This document shows, in pieces, positions 10,946 through 22,440 of a stretch of 64,000 nucleotides of DNA. This stretch comes from Escherichia coli. Lineage in GTDB: Bacteria; Pseudomonadota; Gammaproteobacteria; Enterobacterales; Enterobacteriaceae. A model generated the notes under the pieces. It made no database searches. It was not told where the DNA came from and worked only from the letters and a program-made list of their open reading frames with translations. The DNA is taken from assembly GCF_003790525.1 (NCBI RefSeq), contig NZ_CP033635.1; one strand, 5' to 3'. The stretch's first letter is position 1. Each line of letters opens with the position of its first letter. The position numbers and the translations under genes were made by a program.

Positions 10946-12195
10946 TGACTTTCAGCCCAGGCGCGTTCAATCTCTTCCGCCAGAATCTTCACCCCCGCCT
11001 CAATTTTATCCGGCTCCGGCACGTAGTTCATGCGCATACATTGATGTGTATGTGGCCACGGTTTATCCAGCCCTGGGAAGAAGTTGTGCCCCGGCACCAT
11101 CAGCACGCCCCGTGCTTTCAGGCGCTGGTAGAGCTGCTCGGTCGTAATTGGCAAATCCTTAAACCATAGCCAGAGGAAAATGGCTCCTTCCGGTTTATGA
11201 ATCAGGCAGCGATCTTCCGGTAAATAGCGGCGAATGATGGCGATAGTTTCCTGAACACGCTGGTAATAAAACGGTTTGATAACCGTTTCAGACAGGCGCA
11301 GCAGATCGTTACGCTTAATCATTTCACACATTATCGCCGGACCAATACCGCCAGGCGCCAGGCTGATAATGCCGTTCATGTTGGTGATTGCGGTGATGAT
11401 TTTTTCATTGGCGATGATAATGCCGCAGCGCGAACCCGGTAGTCCCAGCTTGGAAAGACTCATGCACAGTACAATATTCGGATTCCACAGCGGGCGCGCT
11501 TCGCTGAAGATGATACCCGGGAACGGGACGCCATAAGCGTTATCAATCACCAGCGGAATGCCGTGTTGATTCGCCAGCGCGTCAAGCTTCAGCAACTCTT
11601 CGTCAGTAATCACATTGCCTGTTGGATTCGTCGGCCGGGAGACGCAAATCATCCCGGTTTCTTCGCCAATATGCAGATGCTCAAAATCGACGTGGTATTT
11701 AAACTGGCCTTCCGGCAGCAGTTCAATATTCGGACGCGCAGAGACAAACAGATCTTCTTCCAGTCCGGCGTCAGCGTAGCCAATATATTCCGGTGCCAGC
11801 GGAAACAGCACTTTTTTGATCCGACCATCGGCACGGCGTCCGGCAAACAGATTAAATAAGTAGAAAAACGCGCTCTGGCTGCCGTTTGTTAGTGCAATAT
11901 TCTGTGGTTCGATATCCCAACCCAACTTCTCGCGCAGCATTCCGGCAAGCAGTGTGAGTAGCTCCGTTTTCCCCTGTGGACCGTCGTAATTGCACAGTGC
12001 ATCAGTCGCTTTGCCACTTTCCAGCATGTCGGTCAGTAGCGTCTGGAAGTAGTCCTGCATTTCCGGGATCTGCGCTGGATTACCGCCGCCGAGCATAATC
12101 GCGCCAGGCGTGCGTAAACCGTCGTTCAGATCTTCCATCAGCAGCGTAATGCCGGAGTGGCGGGTAAATTTGTCACCAAAAAGGGAGAATGTCAT
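10942..12195 (-). CDS. avtA: valine-pyruvate aminotransferase (transaminase C)
   Basis: ATG (complement) at 12193..12195 gives 417 aa starting MTFSLFGDKF; ORF track over-extends the N-terminus. Confidence 0.9.
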   Translation of the reverse strand: MTFSLFGDKFTRHSGITLLMEDLNDGLRTPGAIMLGGGNPAQIPEMQDYFQTLLTDMLESGKATDALCNYDGPQGKTELLTLLAGMLREKLGWDIEPQNIALTNGSQSAFFYLFNLFAGRRADGRIKKVLFPLAPEYIGYADAGLEEDLFVSARPNIELLPEGQFKYHVDFEHLHIGEETGMICVSRPTNPTGNVITDEELLKLDALANQHGIPLVIDNAYGVPFPGIIFSEARPLWNPNIVLCMSLSKLGLPGSRCGIIIANEKIITAITNMNGIISLAPGGIGPAIMCEMIKRNDLLRLSETVIKPFYYQRVQETIAIIRRYLPEDRCLIHKPEGAIFLWLWFKDLPITTEQLYQRLKARGVLMVPGHNFFPGLDKPWPHTHQCMRMNYVPEPDKIEAGVKILAEEIERAWAESH

Positions 12196-12372
12196 AGCGG
12201 GATATCTGTCGAACTCTGTAGCAAGGAAGGTAACAATAACGCTACATTTGCTGGGGTGCAAATCGCTCTGTTGAAGAGGGAGCGGTGCTTTATCCTGCAA
12301 CGCTGATTAGAGCTGACATTTTATCCTGGTTGGCGGCTTCCCGAGGTACTGACGAACGGGAAGCCGGAAAAG

Positions 12373-14403
12373 TCACTGTTGCCCAGCCCAGATGACCAGC
12401 ACTTTATCGTCGCCATGCTCACGAACAAAGCCGTAGCCCTGCTTCATCGAAAGTGTCGTTTGTTTGCCCTCGCCAATTGCGGGATGGCGGGCGCGGAACT
12501 GGCTGATTTTCTGCCAGTGCGCGACGCTGGCGGCAGATTTACCGCTAACATCCTGCCAGTTCATATCCGAACGCGTACCTTGCAGCGGATCCGAACCGGT
12601 GGGGCCGAACGGACGCGAGGATTCATCACCATAAAAGATTTGTACCGCGCCTGGCGCTAATAACAATAACTCTGCTGCTTTATTACCACCTTCGCGGAAC
12701 AGGCGGGTATCATGCGATGAGAGGTAGCTCAACACGTTGAAATCCTGCAATTTCTCCGCCATTTGCTGCCAGGTCGTATCCATCTGCGCCAGACAATCGA
12801 CTGCTTTCGCCGCCTGCTCCTGATAATCGAAATTGATCATCGCATCGAAGCCGTGGCGATAGTAGTCACTTTGCATCACGCCGTGGCCCCAGGCTTCACC
12901 GGTCATCCAGAAAGGTTTGTCATCTAATGCTTTGTCGGAGTTAGCTTTTTTCCATTCGCGAAGCGCGGCGCTGGCTTCGGTTTTCAGTTGCTGCCAGGCG
13001 GGCAACTCAACATGTTTGGCGGTGTCGACCCGAAAACCATCAATCCCATAGTCGCGAACCCACTGACTTAACCAGTGGGTTAAGTAATCGCGAGGGGTAA
13101 AGCCGTCGATGACTTTAGCGTGGGTATCCGTTTTGTTTTTATAGAACACCGGCAGACCAGAAGCGGTCGTTGATTCGGTTTTGATATCCGGCAAAAAGGC
13201 CAGCGACATAGTGAGATCGTCGAATCCAGGATTGTCGTAATCGCCGATATCGGTTCTGATCCAGTTTTTTCCCCACCATTTATCCCAGCCTGTTTTGTCG
13301 CTGAAATTAATGTAATCGTTAAAGCTATGCCAGGTTTGCCCGGCGGCAGGTTTCCAGTCGCTCCAGCGTTCACCCAGCGTTTTTTTCACTTCGTCACCAG
13401 AAAGATATAACGCGCCAAACTGAAACTCCTGCATATCCGCCAGTGTGGCGTAACCGGTGTGGTTCATCACGACATCAAAGAGAATACGAATACCGCGCTG
13501 ATGCGCGCTATCAACCAGCGTCCGTAGATCGGCTTCGCGGCCCATATTGGCATCAAGATTCGTCCAGTCCTGTGTGTAATAACCGTGGTAGGCATAATGC
13601 GGGAAATCGCCTTTTGTACCGCCGCCGACCCAGCCGTGAATTTGCTCAAATGGGGCACTTATCCATAAAGCATTGACGCCCAGCTGCTGGAGGTAATCCA
13701 GTTTGTTGGTCAGGCCGCGTAAATCGCCGCCGTGAAAAGTGCCAATTTCTGCCATACCGTCTTTATGACGTCCGTAACTCTGGTCATTACTGGGATCGCC
13801 GTTTTCGAAACGATCTGTCAGCACAAAGTAAACCGTGGCGTTATGCCAGTCGAAAGGGGCAGAGGCGTCAGTTTCTGCCCGTTCCAGCAGGAGTAAACCG
13901 TTGCTGGTGGCAGCGGGTTGTAACGTTATTTGACCGTTCTTCACTATCGCAATTTGCTGGCTGTAATAATCCCGGACGGCGGCTCCCTCCGGAAAAGTGG
14001 CGCTGACATCCAGTGTGAGCGGTAATCCATCCCATTTCGGGCATTCACGGACCAGGCTTGCTACCGGTTCGACGGCGTTCTGGATGGAAATCATCAATGT
14101 TGGTGTACCGGAGCGGGTGTCTAGTTGCAGCGTATATTCGCCGTCCCTGAACAATCGCCATTGAGGCGGCGTGTTGCTACAAGGTTGCAGGGAAAGCATC
14201 TGATTGAGTTTTATCGCATCCGCAGGCTGCCAGCACTGTTGGTCAAAATTTAGCGTTAGTGGACGCGTACCTTTGGGCAACTGTGCGTGGCTGACAAATG
14301 TTCCCGTCCCCTGTTCGCTAAAGGCGGGAAACCCCGGAGAAGTCCAGCTGGCGGCAACGGCGAAGCCAGGAAGGAGTGTCAGAAAACAGGCGGCGAGTTT
14401 CAT
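12373..14403 (-). CDS. malS: periplasmic alpha-amylase
   Basis: 676 aa with signal peptide; GH13 alpha-amylase. Confidence 0.92.
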   Translation of the reverse strand: MKLAACFLTLLPGFAVAASWTSPGFPAFSEQGTGTFVSHAQLPKGTRPLTLNFDQQCWQPADAIKLNQMLSLQPCSNTPPQWRLFRDGEYTLQLDTRSGTPTLMISIQNAVEPVASLVRECPKWDGLPLTLDVSATFPEGAAVRDYYSQQIAIVKNGQITLQPAATSNGLLLLERAETDASAPFDWHNATVYFVLTDRFENGDPSNDQSYGRHKDGMAEIGTFHGGDLRGLTNKLDYLQQLGVNALWISAPFEQIHGWVGGGTKGDFPHYAYHGYYTQDWTNLDANMGREADLRTLVDSAHQRGIRILFDVVMNHTGYATLADMQEFQFGALYLSGDEVKKTLGERWSDWKPAAGQTWHSFNDYINFSDKTGWDKWWGKNWIRTDIGDYDNPGFDDLTMSLAFLPDIKTESTTASGLPVFYKNKTDTHAKVIDGFTPRDYLTHWLSQWVRDYGIDGFRVDTAKHVELPAWQQLKTEASAALREWKKANSDKALDDKPFWMTGEAWGHGVMQSDYYRHGFDAMINFDYQEQAAKAVDCLAQMDTTWQQMAEKLQDFNVLSYLSSHDTRLFREGGNKAAELLLLAPGAVQIFYGDESSRPFGPTGSDPLQGTRSDMNWQDVSGKSAASVAHWQKISQFRARHPAIGEGKQTTLSMKQGYGFVREHGDDKVLVIWAGQQ

Positions 14404-14722
14404 GGCGGATGAGTCCTTATTGCTGCGATTTCAGACAGTTTGCCAGCGATAAGCCAGACAAAACTCATCCCTGAGCGGTAAGTCCACAGGATGAGAAGCA
14501 AGGGTGAGCGATCGCGCGCAAAAAACGGCTGAATTTTGCGATAAACCCCACATTTTCTGCGATTTAGCGCCAATCTGAATCGTTAACTCGTGACATAGTT
14601 TCAGATTTGGACTATTCCTTGGGGTGCTCTTGACAGCTATTTTTGATATGATTTGAGATTCAACTCTCAAATTTGTGAAAAATATAAGGTGTTGGAATGA
14701 TTAAATCCGACCAGGAGACCTG
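14404..14722. promoter_or_regulatory. malS/bax divergent control region with MalT-box-like GGATGA motifs
   Basis: GGATGA at 14489..14494 and its reverse complement at 14465..14470; malS is MalT-dependent in K-12; exact boxes not verified. Confidence 0.3.
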
Positions 14723-15547
14723 ATGATTTTGACTCCCATACGACGATATGGGGCGATGATTCTTATGTTACTCACTCTGGTGTTTTCGAGTGAGGTGTTA
14801 GCGAAGACGCACACAACAACAGCGAGTCAAAAGTCCCACTTAACTAAAGCTAGTAATAAACAGGTAAGCAGTAAACAAGAGTATTCTCGCAATAGTGCAA
14901 AGAGTAGTTCACTTCCTGATTTGCGAAAATACCCTTCCGGAACACCAAGGAAAAAGGCGTTTCTCCGGACCGTAATGCCTTACATTACCAGCCAAAATGC
15001 GGCCATTACTGCGGAACGTAACTGGCTGATTTCAAAACAGTATCAGGGCCAATGGTCACCTGCTGAGCGTGCGCGTCTGAAAGACATCGCCAAACGCTAC
15101 AAGGTGAAGTGGTCTGGTAATACGCGAAAAATCCCGTGGAATACTTTCCTTGAACGCGTAGACATTATCCCTACCAGTATGGTGGCGACGATGGCTGCAG
15201 CAGAAAGCGGTTGGGGAACGTCGAAGCTGGCGCGCAACAACAACAACCTGTTCGGCATGAAATGCATGAAAGGACGTTGTACCAATGCGCCGGGTAAAGT
15301 GAAAGGGTACTCACAGTTTAGTTCTGTCAAAGAATCGGTGAGCGCCTATGTCACTAACCTCAATACGCACCCGGCTTACTCTTCGTTCCGTAAATCGCGT
15401 GCACAACTGCGTAAAGCGGATCAGGAAGTGACTGCCACAGCGATGATTCACAAGCTGAAGGGCTACTCGACCAAAGGGAAGAGTTATAACAACTACCTGT
15501 TCGCAATGTACCAGGATAACCAACGGTTAATCGCGGCGCATATGTAA
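14723..15547 (+). CDS. bax: Bax protein (glucosaminidase-like domain)
   Basis: 274 aa; K-12 gene order. Confidence 0.85.
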   Translation: MILTPIRRYGAMILMLLTLVFSSEVLAKTHTTTASQKSHLTKASNKQVSSKQEYSRNSAKSSSLPDLRKYPSGTPRKKAFLRTVMPYITSQNAAITAERNWLISKQYQGQWSPAERARLKDIAKRYKVKWSGNTRKIPWNTFLERVDIIPTSMVATMAAAESGWGTSKLARNNNNLFGMKCMKGRCTNAPGKVKGYSQFSSVKESVSAYVTNLNTHPAYSSFRKSRAQLRKADQEVTATAMIHKLKGYSTKGKSYNNYLFAMYQDNQRLIAAHM

Positions 15548-15561
15548 TTGCATTTCCTCGA

Positions 15562-15597
15562 GCCTTATCCGACTTGTCAGGCGGATAAGGCTTTTGC
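15562..15597 (+). terminator. stem-loop with T-tract downstream of bax
   Basis: gccttatccg-acttgtcag-gcggataaggc followed by ttttg. Confidence 0.6.
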
Positions 15598-15654
15598 TCG
15601 TATCGGGTGGTTGTGCTGAGTTACCTGATGCGACGCCGACAATTCTCATCATCG

Positions 15655-16833
15655 CTACAACATGACCTCGCTATTTACATCGCGATACTCTTTTGGCGTC
15701 GTGTCATATGCTTTTTTAAAAACAGAGTAGAAATATTGCAGCGATGGATAACCGCACATTTGCGATATCTCATTGATCGACAAGGTGGTTGAAATCAGCA
15801 GACTGCGCGCTTTCTCCAACTTCTCGGCATGAATCATTGCATGGATGGTTTCACCCACCTCTTCTTTAAAACGCTTCTCAAGATTGGAGCGTGATATGCC
15901 CACCGCATCCAGTACCTGATCCACTTTAATCCCTTTACAGGCGTGATTACGAATGTAATGCATGGCCTGAATAACGGCGGGATCGGTCAGCGAGCGGTAA
16001 TCTGTTGAGCGCCGTTCAATGACGCGAACTGGTGGGACCAAAATCCGCTGTAGCGGCATTTCTTCTTTATCTAATAATCGATGCAACAGTTTTGCCGCCT
16101 GATAGCCCATTTGCCGTGCGCCCTGAGCGACCGAAGAAAGGGCGACACGCGACAGATAGCGGGTCAGTTCTTCGTTATCGATGCCAATCACGCATAATTT
16201 TTCCGGTACGGGAATGTGTAGATGTTCACATACTTGCAGAATATGCCGTGCCCGGGCGTCAGTAACGGCAATAATCCCGGTTTGCGGTGGCAGCGTTTGT
16301 AGCCAGTCTGCCAGCCGATTTTGCGCGTGTTGCCAGTTCTCTGGCGCGGTTTCTAACCCCTGATAAACCACTCCGCGATACTTTTCTTCGGCGACAAGCT
16401 GACGAAATGCATATTCGCGTTCAGTGGCCCAACGTTTGCCGCTTGATTCCGGAAGACCATAAAAAGCAAAGCGGTTAACGCCTTTCTCTTTTAAATGCAA
16501 AAATGCGCTTTCAACCAGCGCATAGTTATCGGTGGCAATGTAATGAACGGGTGGGTAACTTTCGGCAAGGTGATACGAACCACCAACCCCAACAATGGGG
16601 ACGTCGACATCAGCCAGCGCTTGCTCGATTTGTTTGTCGTCGAAGTCGGCAATGACGCCATCTCCTAACCAGTCCTTGATTTTATCAATGCGGGCGCGGA
16701 AATCTTCTTCAATGAAAATATCCCATTCCGATTGTGACGCCTGTAAATATTCCCCTACGCCTTCTACTACCTGCCGGTCATAGGCTTTATTGGCATTGAA
16801 CAGTAATGTGATGCGGTGACGTTTAGTAAACAT
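15655..16833 (-). CDS. xylR: xylose operon transcriptional activator (periplasmic-binding-like domain plus AraC HTH)
   Basis: 392 aa. Confidence 0.93.
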   Translation of the reverse strand: MFTKRHRITLLFNANKAYDRQVVEGVGEYLQASQSEWDIFIEEDFRARIDKIKDWLGDGVIADFDDKQIEQALADVDVPIVGVGGSYHLAESYPPVHYIATDNYALVESAFLHLKEKGVNRFAFYGLPESSGKRWATEREYAFRQLVAEEKYRGVVYQGLETAPENWQHAQNRLADWLQTLPPQTGIIAVTDARARHILQVCEHLHIPVPEKLCVIGIDNEELTRYLSRVALSSVAQGARQMGYQAAKLLHRLLDKEEMPLQRILVPPVRVIERRSTDYRSLTDPAVIQAMHYIRNHACKGIKVDQVLDAVGISRSNLEKRFKEEVGETIHAMIHAEKLEKARSLLISTTLSINEISQMCGYPSLQYFYSVFKKAYDTTPKEYRDVNSEVML

Positions 16834-16910
16834 GGTTCTTTTCCTGCTGAATCATGCAAAAACTCAAAACCGGTAATACGTTACCGGCTTTGAGAAAATT
16901 TTTATCAAAA

Positions 16911-18092
16911 TCAAGAACGGCGTTTGGTTGCGGAGTCCATCCATACTGCCAGCAACAGAATCGCACCTTTAACGATATACTGCCAGAAGGTCGGTACATC
17001 CATCATACTCATGCCGTTATCCAGTGAAGCCATGATGAATGCCCCCATTACCGCTCCGGCCACGCTCCCGACGCCGCCTGCCAGACTGGTGCCGCCAATC
17101 ACACATGCGGCAATTGCGTCCAGTTCGGCGATATTTCCCGCAGAAGGTGAACCAGCGCCAAGTCGAGAACTGAGGATTAATCCGGCGATGGCTACCATTA
17201 ATCCGTTAATAGCGAACACGGCAAGTTTGGTGCGTTCAACGTTAATCCCGGAGAGCCGTGCTGCTTCCAGATTGCCGCCGATGGCATAAATGCGTCGTCC
17301 AAATGCCGTCCGCGTTGCCATAAACATTCCGCCGAGTAACAGCAACGTCAGCAGCAGAACAGGAGTGGGAACGCCACGGTAATCATTCAACAGCCAGATT
17401 GCGCCTAATACGATGATAGCGGTTAAAGCCTGGCGACCGACTACTGCGGTAGAAGCCGGAGACTGCAAACCCAAAGCCTGACGGCGCATTCTTCCGCGCC
17501 ATTGCCAGCCAACAAAAGCCATTAAGCCAAGCGCGCCAATGATGAAGCCGGTGCTGGCGGGTAGATAGCTTTGCCCGATTTGTGACATCGCGGCGCTGGT
17601 GGGGGAAACAGTCGTGCCGTTGGTGATGCCAATGAGTATGCCGCGAAATGCCAACATGCCCGCGAGGGTGACAATAAATGAAGGGACTTTGCGGTACGCG
17701 ACCCACCATCCGTTCCAGGCACCGAGAAGCAGTCCCAGAACCAAAGTCACAATGATGGTAAGTGGCAAAGGCCAGCCTAGCCAGACGTCACAAATCGCCG
17801 CGACGCCACCTAACAGCCCCATCATTGAGCCGACGGAAAGGTCGATTTCAGCAGAAATTATGACGAACACCATTCCTACCGCGAGGATGCCGGTAATCGC
17901 GGTTTGGCGTAACAGGTTGGAGACGTTACGGGCGCTTAAGTAGGCACCATCGGTGGTCCAGGTAAAGAACAGCATGATTGCGATGATAGCTGCAATCATC
18001 ACGAAGACCTGCAAATTCAGTGATTTCAGCCCGGAAAAGCCACCGGATGTCGGTACGGCTAATTTCACTTCAGACGGATTGCTTTTCGACAT
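16911..18092 (-). CDS. xylH: D-xylose ABC transporter permease
   Basis: 393 aa. Confidence 0.93.
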
Positions 18093-19611
18093 GATGTTCG
18101 CTCCTCAATGCGGCTTCCATCACCTGCTCCTGAGTCAGGTTATGATTTATCAGGTTGGCTTTTAGTTTCCCTTCATGCATCACCAGTACACGATCGCTAA
18201 GGCCGAGCACTTCAGGTAATTCGGAAGAGATGACAATAACGGCAATACCCTGCTGGACGAGTTGGTTAATTAATTTGTAGATCTCGTATTTCGCGCCAAT
18301 ATCGATACCCCTGGTGGGTTCATCAAGAATGAGAATGCGCGGGTTAAGTAACAGACAGCGAGCGAGGATCGCTTTTTGTTGATTGCCGCCGCTCAAACGT
18401 CCAATAGCAAGGTCGGAGGACGACGTTTTAACTTTGAGTTGCTGGATTGATTCCAGAATACATTTTTGCTCTGCCGCGTCATCAAGCTGGCTAATACCGC
18501 CGGTAAATTTATTGAGTGCGGCGAGGGTAATATTTTTACCAACCGCCATTACCGGAACGATGCCGTCGCGCTTTCTGTCTTCGGGTACCATCGCAATCCC
18601 CTGGGCGATGGCTTGCTGACAGTTACGAATATCTACCTGTTTGCCGTCAATATAAATTTTCCCTTCCCATTGTCCGGGCCACACACCAAACAGGCACTGA
18701 ATAGTCTCGGTACGTCCGGCACCAACGAGTCCGGCGATACCCAGTATTTCGCCACGTTTCAGGGAAAACGAGACATCATTAACTCGTTTAATATGACGAT
18801 TAACCGGATGCCATGCCGTCAGATGTTCAATACGTAATATTTCATCTCCGGTGGTATGTGGTTCATTAGGGTAAAGCGCGGTTAACTCTCGCCCGACCAT
18901 CATGGTGATAATATCGTCTTCACTCATTCCAGCAGCATCACGCGTGCCAATGTGCTGACCGTCGCGAATAACGAAAATCGTATCGGAAATCGCTTTGACT
19001 TCGTTGAGTTTGTGCGAAATATAAATACAGGCGATACCGTGCTGTTGTAGATCGCGAATAATATCCAGTAAAACCGACGTTTCCTGCTCAGTTAATGAGG
19101 CTGTCGGCTCATCGAGAATTAACAAACGCACCTGTTTATTAAGTGCCTTGGCAATTTCAACCAGTTGTTGTTGCCCAAGTCCTAAATCGCCAACGCGGGT
19201 ATCAGGTGAAATGGATAAACTGACCTGTGCGAGCAGCTTCTGACAGCGTAGCGTCATCAGGTCATAATCCATAATGCCATTATGGGTTATTTCGTTACCC
19301 AGGAAGATATTTTCCAGCACGGTCAGTTCTTTCACCAGCGCCAATTCCTGGTGAATAATGGCGATACCTTTGCGTTCGGTATCGCGGATGTGACTCGCCT
19401 GAATCTCTTCTCCCGCAAAAATAATTTCGCCTTCGTAGGAACCATGGGGATAAATACCACACAGCACTTTCATCAGCGTTGATTTACCTGACCCATTTTC
19501 CCCACAGAGTGAGACGATTTCGCCAGCATTCAACCGCAAGCTGACGTTATCAATCGCCTTCACACTGCCGAAGGTTTTGGTAATATTTTTCATTTCAAGT
19601 AGATAAGGCAT
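18070..19611 (-). CDS. xylG: D-xylose ABC transporter ATP-binding protein (two ABC domains)
   Basis: ATG (complement) at 19609..19611 gives 513 aa starting [12 protein letters not shown]; Walker [10 protein letters not shown]. Confidence 0.93.
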
Positions 19612-19688
19612 AACGACTCCACCTAAGCCAATTAATTCACGCGGCATGGAGAGAAATCACGCCCCCGCTCCGCGCCGGGGCGTAACGC

Positions 19689-20681
19689 TTACAGCTCGCT
19701 CTCTTTGTGGAATCCGTCTTTAACTACCGTATCTTTGATGTTGTTTTTATTCACATCGATCGGTGTCAGCAGGCGGGAGGGAACATCTTTCAGGCCATTA
19801 TTCAGTGTGGTATCCGCTTTTGGCTCCTGACCATTGCCCAACTCAACGGCAATTTCTGCGGCAGTATTTGCCAACAATGTAATAGGTTTATACACCGTCA
19901 TAGTTTGCGTACCGGCAGCAATACGTTTAATACCTGCAAGATCCGCATCCTGGCCGGAAATTGCTACTTTCCCTGATAAACCTTGCGCGCTTAATGCCTG
20001 AATTGCTCCTCCTGCGGTGGCATCGTTTGAGGCAACTACAGCATCAATTTTGTTATTATTGGCGGTTAGCGCGTTTTCCATAATTTTCAATGCGTTTTCC
20101 GGTAACCAGCCATCAACCCATTGGTCACCAACGACTTTAATTTTTCCGGAATCAACATAAGGTTTTAATACTTTCATTTGCCCGGCGCGGAACAGCTTGG
20201 CGTTGTTATCTACCGGCGAGCCGCCCATCAGGAAGTAATTACCTTGCGGAACAATATCGACCAGGGCTTTTGCCTGCAGTTCGCCGACTTTTTCGTTATC
20301 GAAAGAAATATAAAAATCGATATCCGCATCGTTAATCATACGGTCGTAAGCTAATACTTTAATACCTTCTTGTTTGGCTTCTTTTACAACGTTACTTAAT
20401 ACCTGACCGTTATACGGAATAATAACAAGAACATCGACGCCCCGGTTAATCATGTTTTCAATCTGCGACATTTGTGTTTCTTCATTGCCATTTGCAGACT
20501 GTACAAATACTTTCGCGCCGAGAGATTCTGCCTTTTTCACAAAAATATCTCGATCTTTTTGCCAGCGTTCAAGACGGAGATCATCAATCGCCATACCTAT
20601 TTTGACTTCTTTGGCGTGAGCCGCAACGTTGGTAAGCAGAAGTGAGGTGCAAAGGGTGAGTAGAATGTTCTTTATTTTCAT
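19689..20681 (-). CDS. xylF: D-xylose ABC transporter periplasmic binding protein
   Basis: start at 20681 gives 330 aa beginning MKIKNILLTLCTSLLL (signal peptide). Confidence 0.93.
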   Translation of the reverse strand: MKIKNILLTLCTSLLLTNVAAHAKEVKIGMAIDDLRLERWQKDRDIFVKKAESLGAKVFVQSANGNEETQMSQIENMINRGVDVLVIIPYNGQVLSNVVKEAKQEGIKVLAYDRMINDADIDFYISFDNEKVGELQAKALVDIVPQGNYFLMGGSPVDNNAKLFRAGQMKVLKPYVDSGKIKVVGDQWVDGWLPENALKIMENALTANNNKIDAVVASNDATAGGAIQALSAQGLSGKVAISGQDADLAGIKRIAAGTQTMTVYKPITLLANTAAEIAVELGNGQEPKADTTLNNGLKDVPSRLLTPIDVNKNNIKDTVVKDGFHKESEL

Positions 20682-21046
20682 GGTGTAGGGCCTTCTGTAG
20701 TTAGAGGACAGCTTTAATAAGTAACAATCACCGCGATAAACGTAACCAATTTTTAGCAACTAAACAGGGGAAAACAATTACAGATTTTTATCTTTCGATT
20801 ACGATTTTTGGTTTATTTCTTGATTTATGACAGAGATCTTACTTTTGTTGCGCAATTGTACTTATTGCATTTTTCTCTTCGAGGAATTACCCAGTTTCAT
20901 CATTCCATTTTATTTTGCGAGCGAGCGCACACTTGTGAATTATCTCAATAGCAGTGTGAAATAACATAATTGAGCAACTGAAAGGGAGTGCCCAATATTA
21001 CGACATCATCCATCACCCGCGGCATTACCTGATTATGGAGTTCAAT
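20682..21046. promoter_or_regulatory. xylF/xylA divergent promoter region (expected XylR and CRP sites)
   Basis: 365 bp AT-rich divergent intergenic region; individual operator sites not resolved by eye. Confidence 0.5.
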
Positions 21047-22369
21047 ATGCAAGCCTATTTTGACCAGCTCGATCGCGTTCGTTATGAAGGCTCAAAATCC
21101 TCAAACCCGTTAGCATTCCGTCACTACAATCCCGACGAACTGGTGTTGGGCAAGCGTATGGAAGAGCATTTGCGTTTTGCCGCCTGCTACTGGCACACCT
21201 TCTGCTGGAACGGGGCGGATATGTTTGGTGTGGGGGCGTTTAATCGTCCGTGGCAGCAGCCTGGTGAGGCACTGGCGTTGGCGAAGCGTAAAGCAGATGT
21301 CGCATTTGAGTTTTTCCACAAGTTACATGTGCCATTTTATTGCTTCCACGATGTAGATGTTTCCCCTGAGGGCGCGTCGTTAAAAGAGTACATCAATAAT
21401 TTTGCGCAAATGGTTGATGTCCTGGCAGGCAAGCAAGAAGAGAGCGGCGTGAAGCTGCTGTGGGGAACTGCTAACTGCTTTACAAACCCTCGCTATGGCG
21501 CGGGTGCGGCGACGAACCCAGATCCTGAAGTCTTCAGTTGGGCGGCAACGCAAGTTGTTACAGCGATGGAAGCAACCCATAAATTGGGCGGTGAAAACTA
21601 TGTCCTGTGGGGTGGTCGTGAAGGTTACGAAACGCTGTTAAATACCGACTTGCGCCAGGAGCGTGAACAGCTGGGCCGCTTTATGCAGATGGTGGTTGAG
21701 CATAAACATAAAATCGGTTTCCAGGGCACGTTGCTTATCGAACCGAAACCGCAAGAACCGACCAAACATCAATATGATTACGATGCTGCGACGGTCTATG
21801 GCTTCCTGAAACAGTTTGGTCTGGAAAAAGAGATTAAACTGAATATTGAAGCTAACCACGCGACGCTGGCAGGTCACTCTTTCCATCATGAAATAGCCAC
21901 CGCCATTGCGCTTGGCCTGTTCGGTTCTGTCGACGCCAACCGTGGCGATGCGCAACTGGGCTGGGACACCGACCAGTTCCCGAACAGTGTGGAAGAGAAT
22001 GCGCTGGTGATGTATGAAATTCTCAAAGCAGGCGGTTTCACCACCGGTGGTCTGAACTTCGATGCCAAAGTACGTCGTCAAAGTACTGATAAATATGATC
22101 TGTTTTACGGTCATATCGGCGCGATGGATACGATGGCGTTGGCGCTGAAAATTGCAGCGCGCATGATTGAAGATGGCGAGCTGGATAAACGCATCGCGCA
22201 GCGTTATTCCGGCTGGAATAGCGAATTAGGCCAGCAAATCCTGAAAGGCCAAATGTCACTGGCAGATTTAGCCAAATATGCTCAGGAACATAATTTGTCT
22301 CCGGTGCATCAGAGTGGTCGCCAGGAGCAACTGGAAAATCTGGTAAATCATTATCTGTTCGACAAATAA
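21047..22369 (+). CDS. xylA: xylose isomerase
   Basis: ATG at 21047 gives 440 aa starting [16 protein letters not shown]. Confidence 0.95.
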
Positions 22370-22440
22370 CGGCTAACTGTGCAGTCCGTTGGCCCGGTTA
22401 TCAGTAGCGATACCGGGCATTTTTTTAAGGAACGATCGAT

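Noticed and set aside
14431-14670. 79-aa minus-strand ORF in the malS/bax divergent intergenic region
   Set aside because: It sits in the promoter region with no convincing RBS and low-complexity composition; most likely non-coding regulatory DNA.
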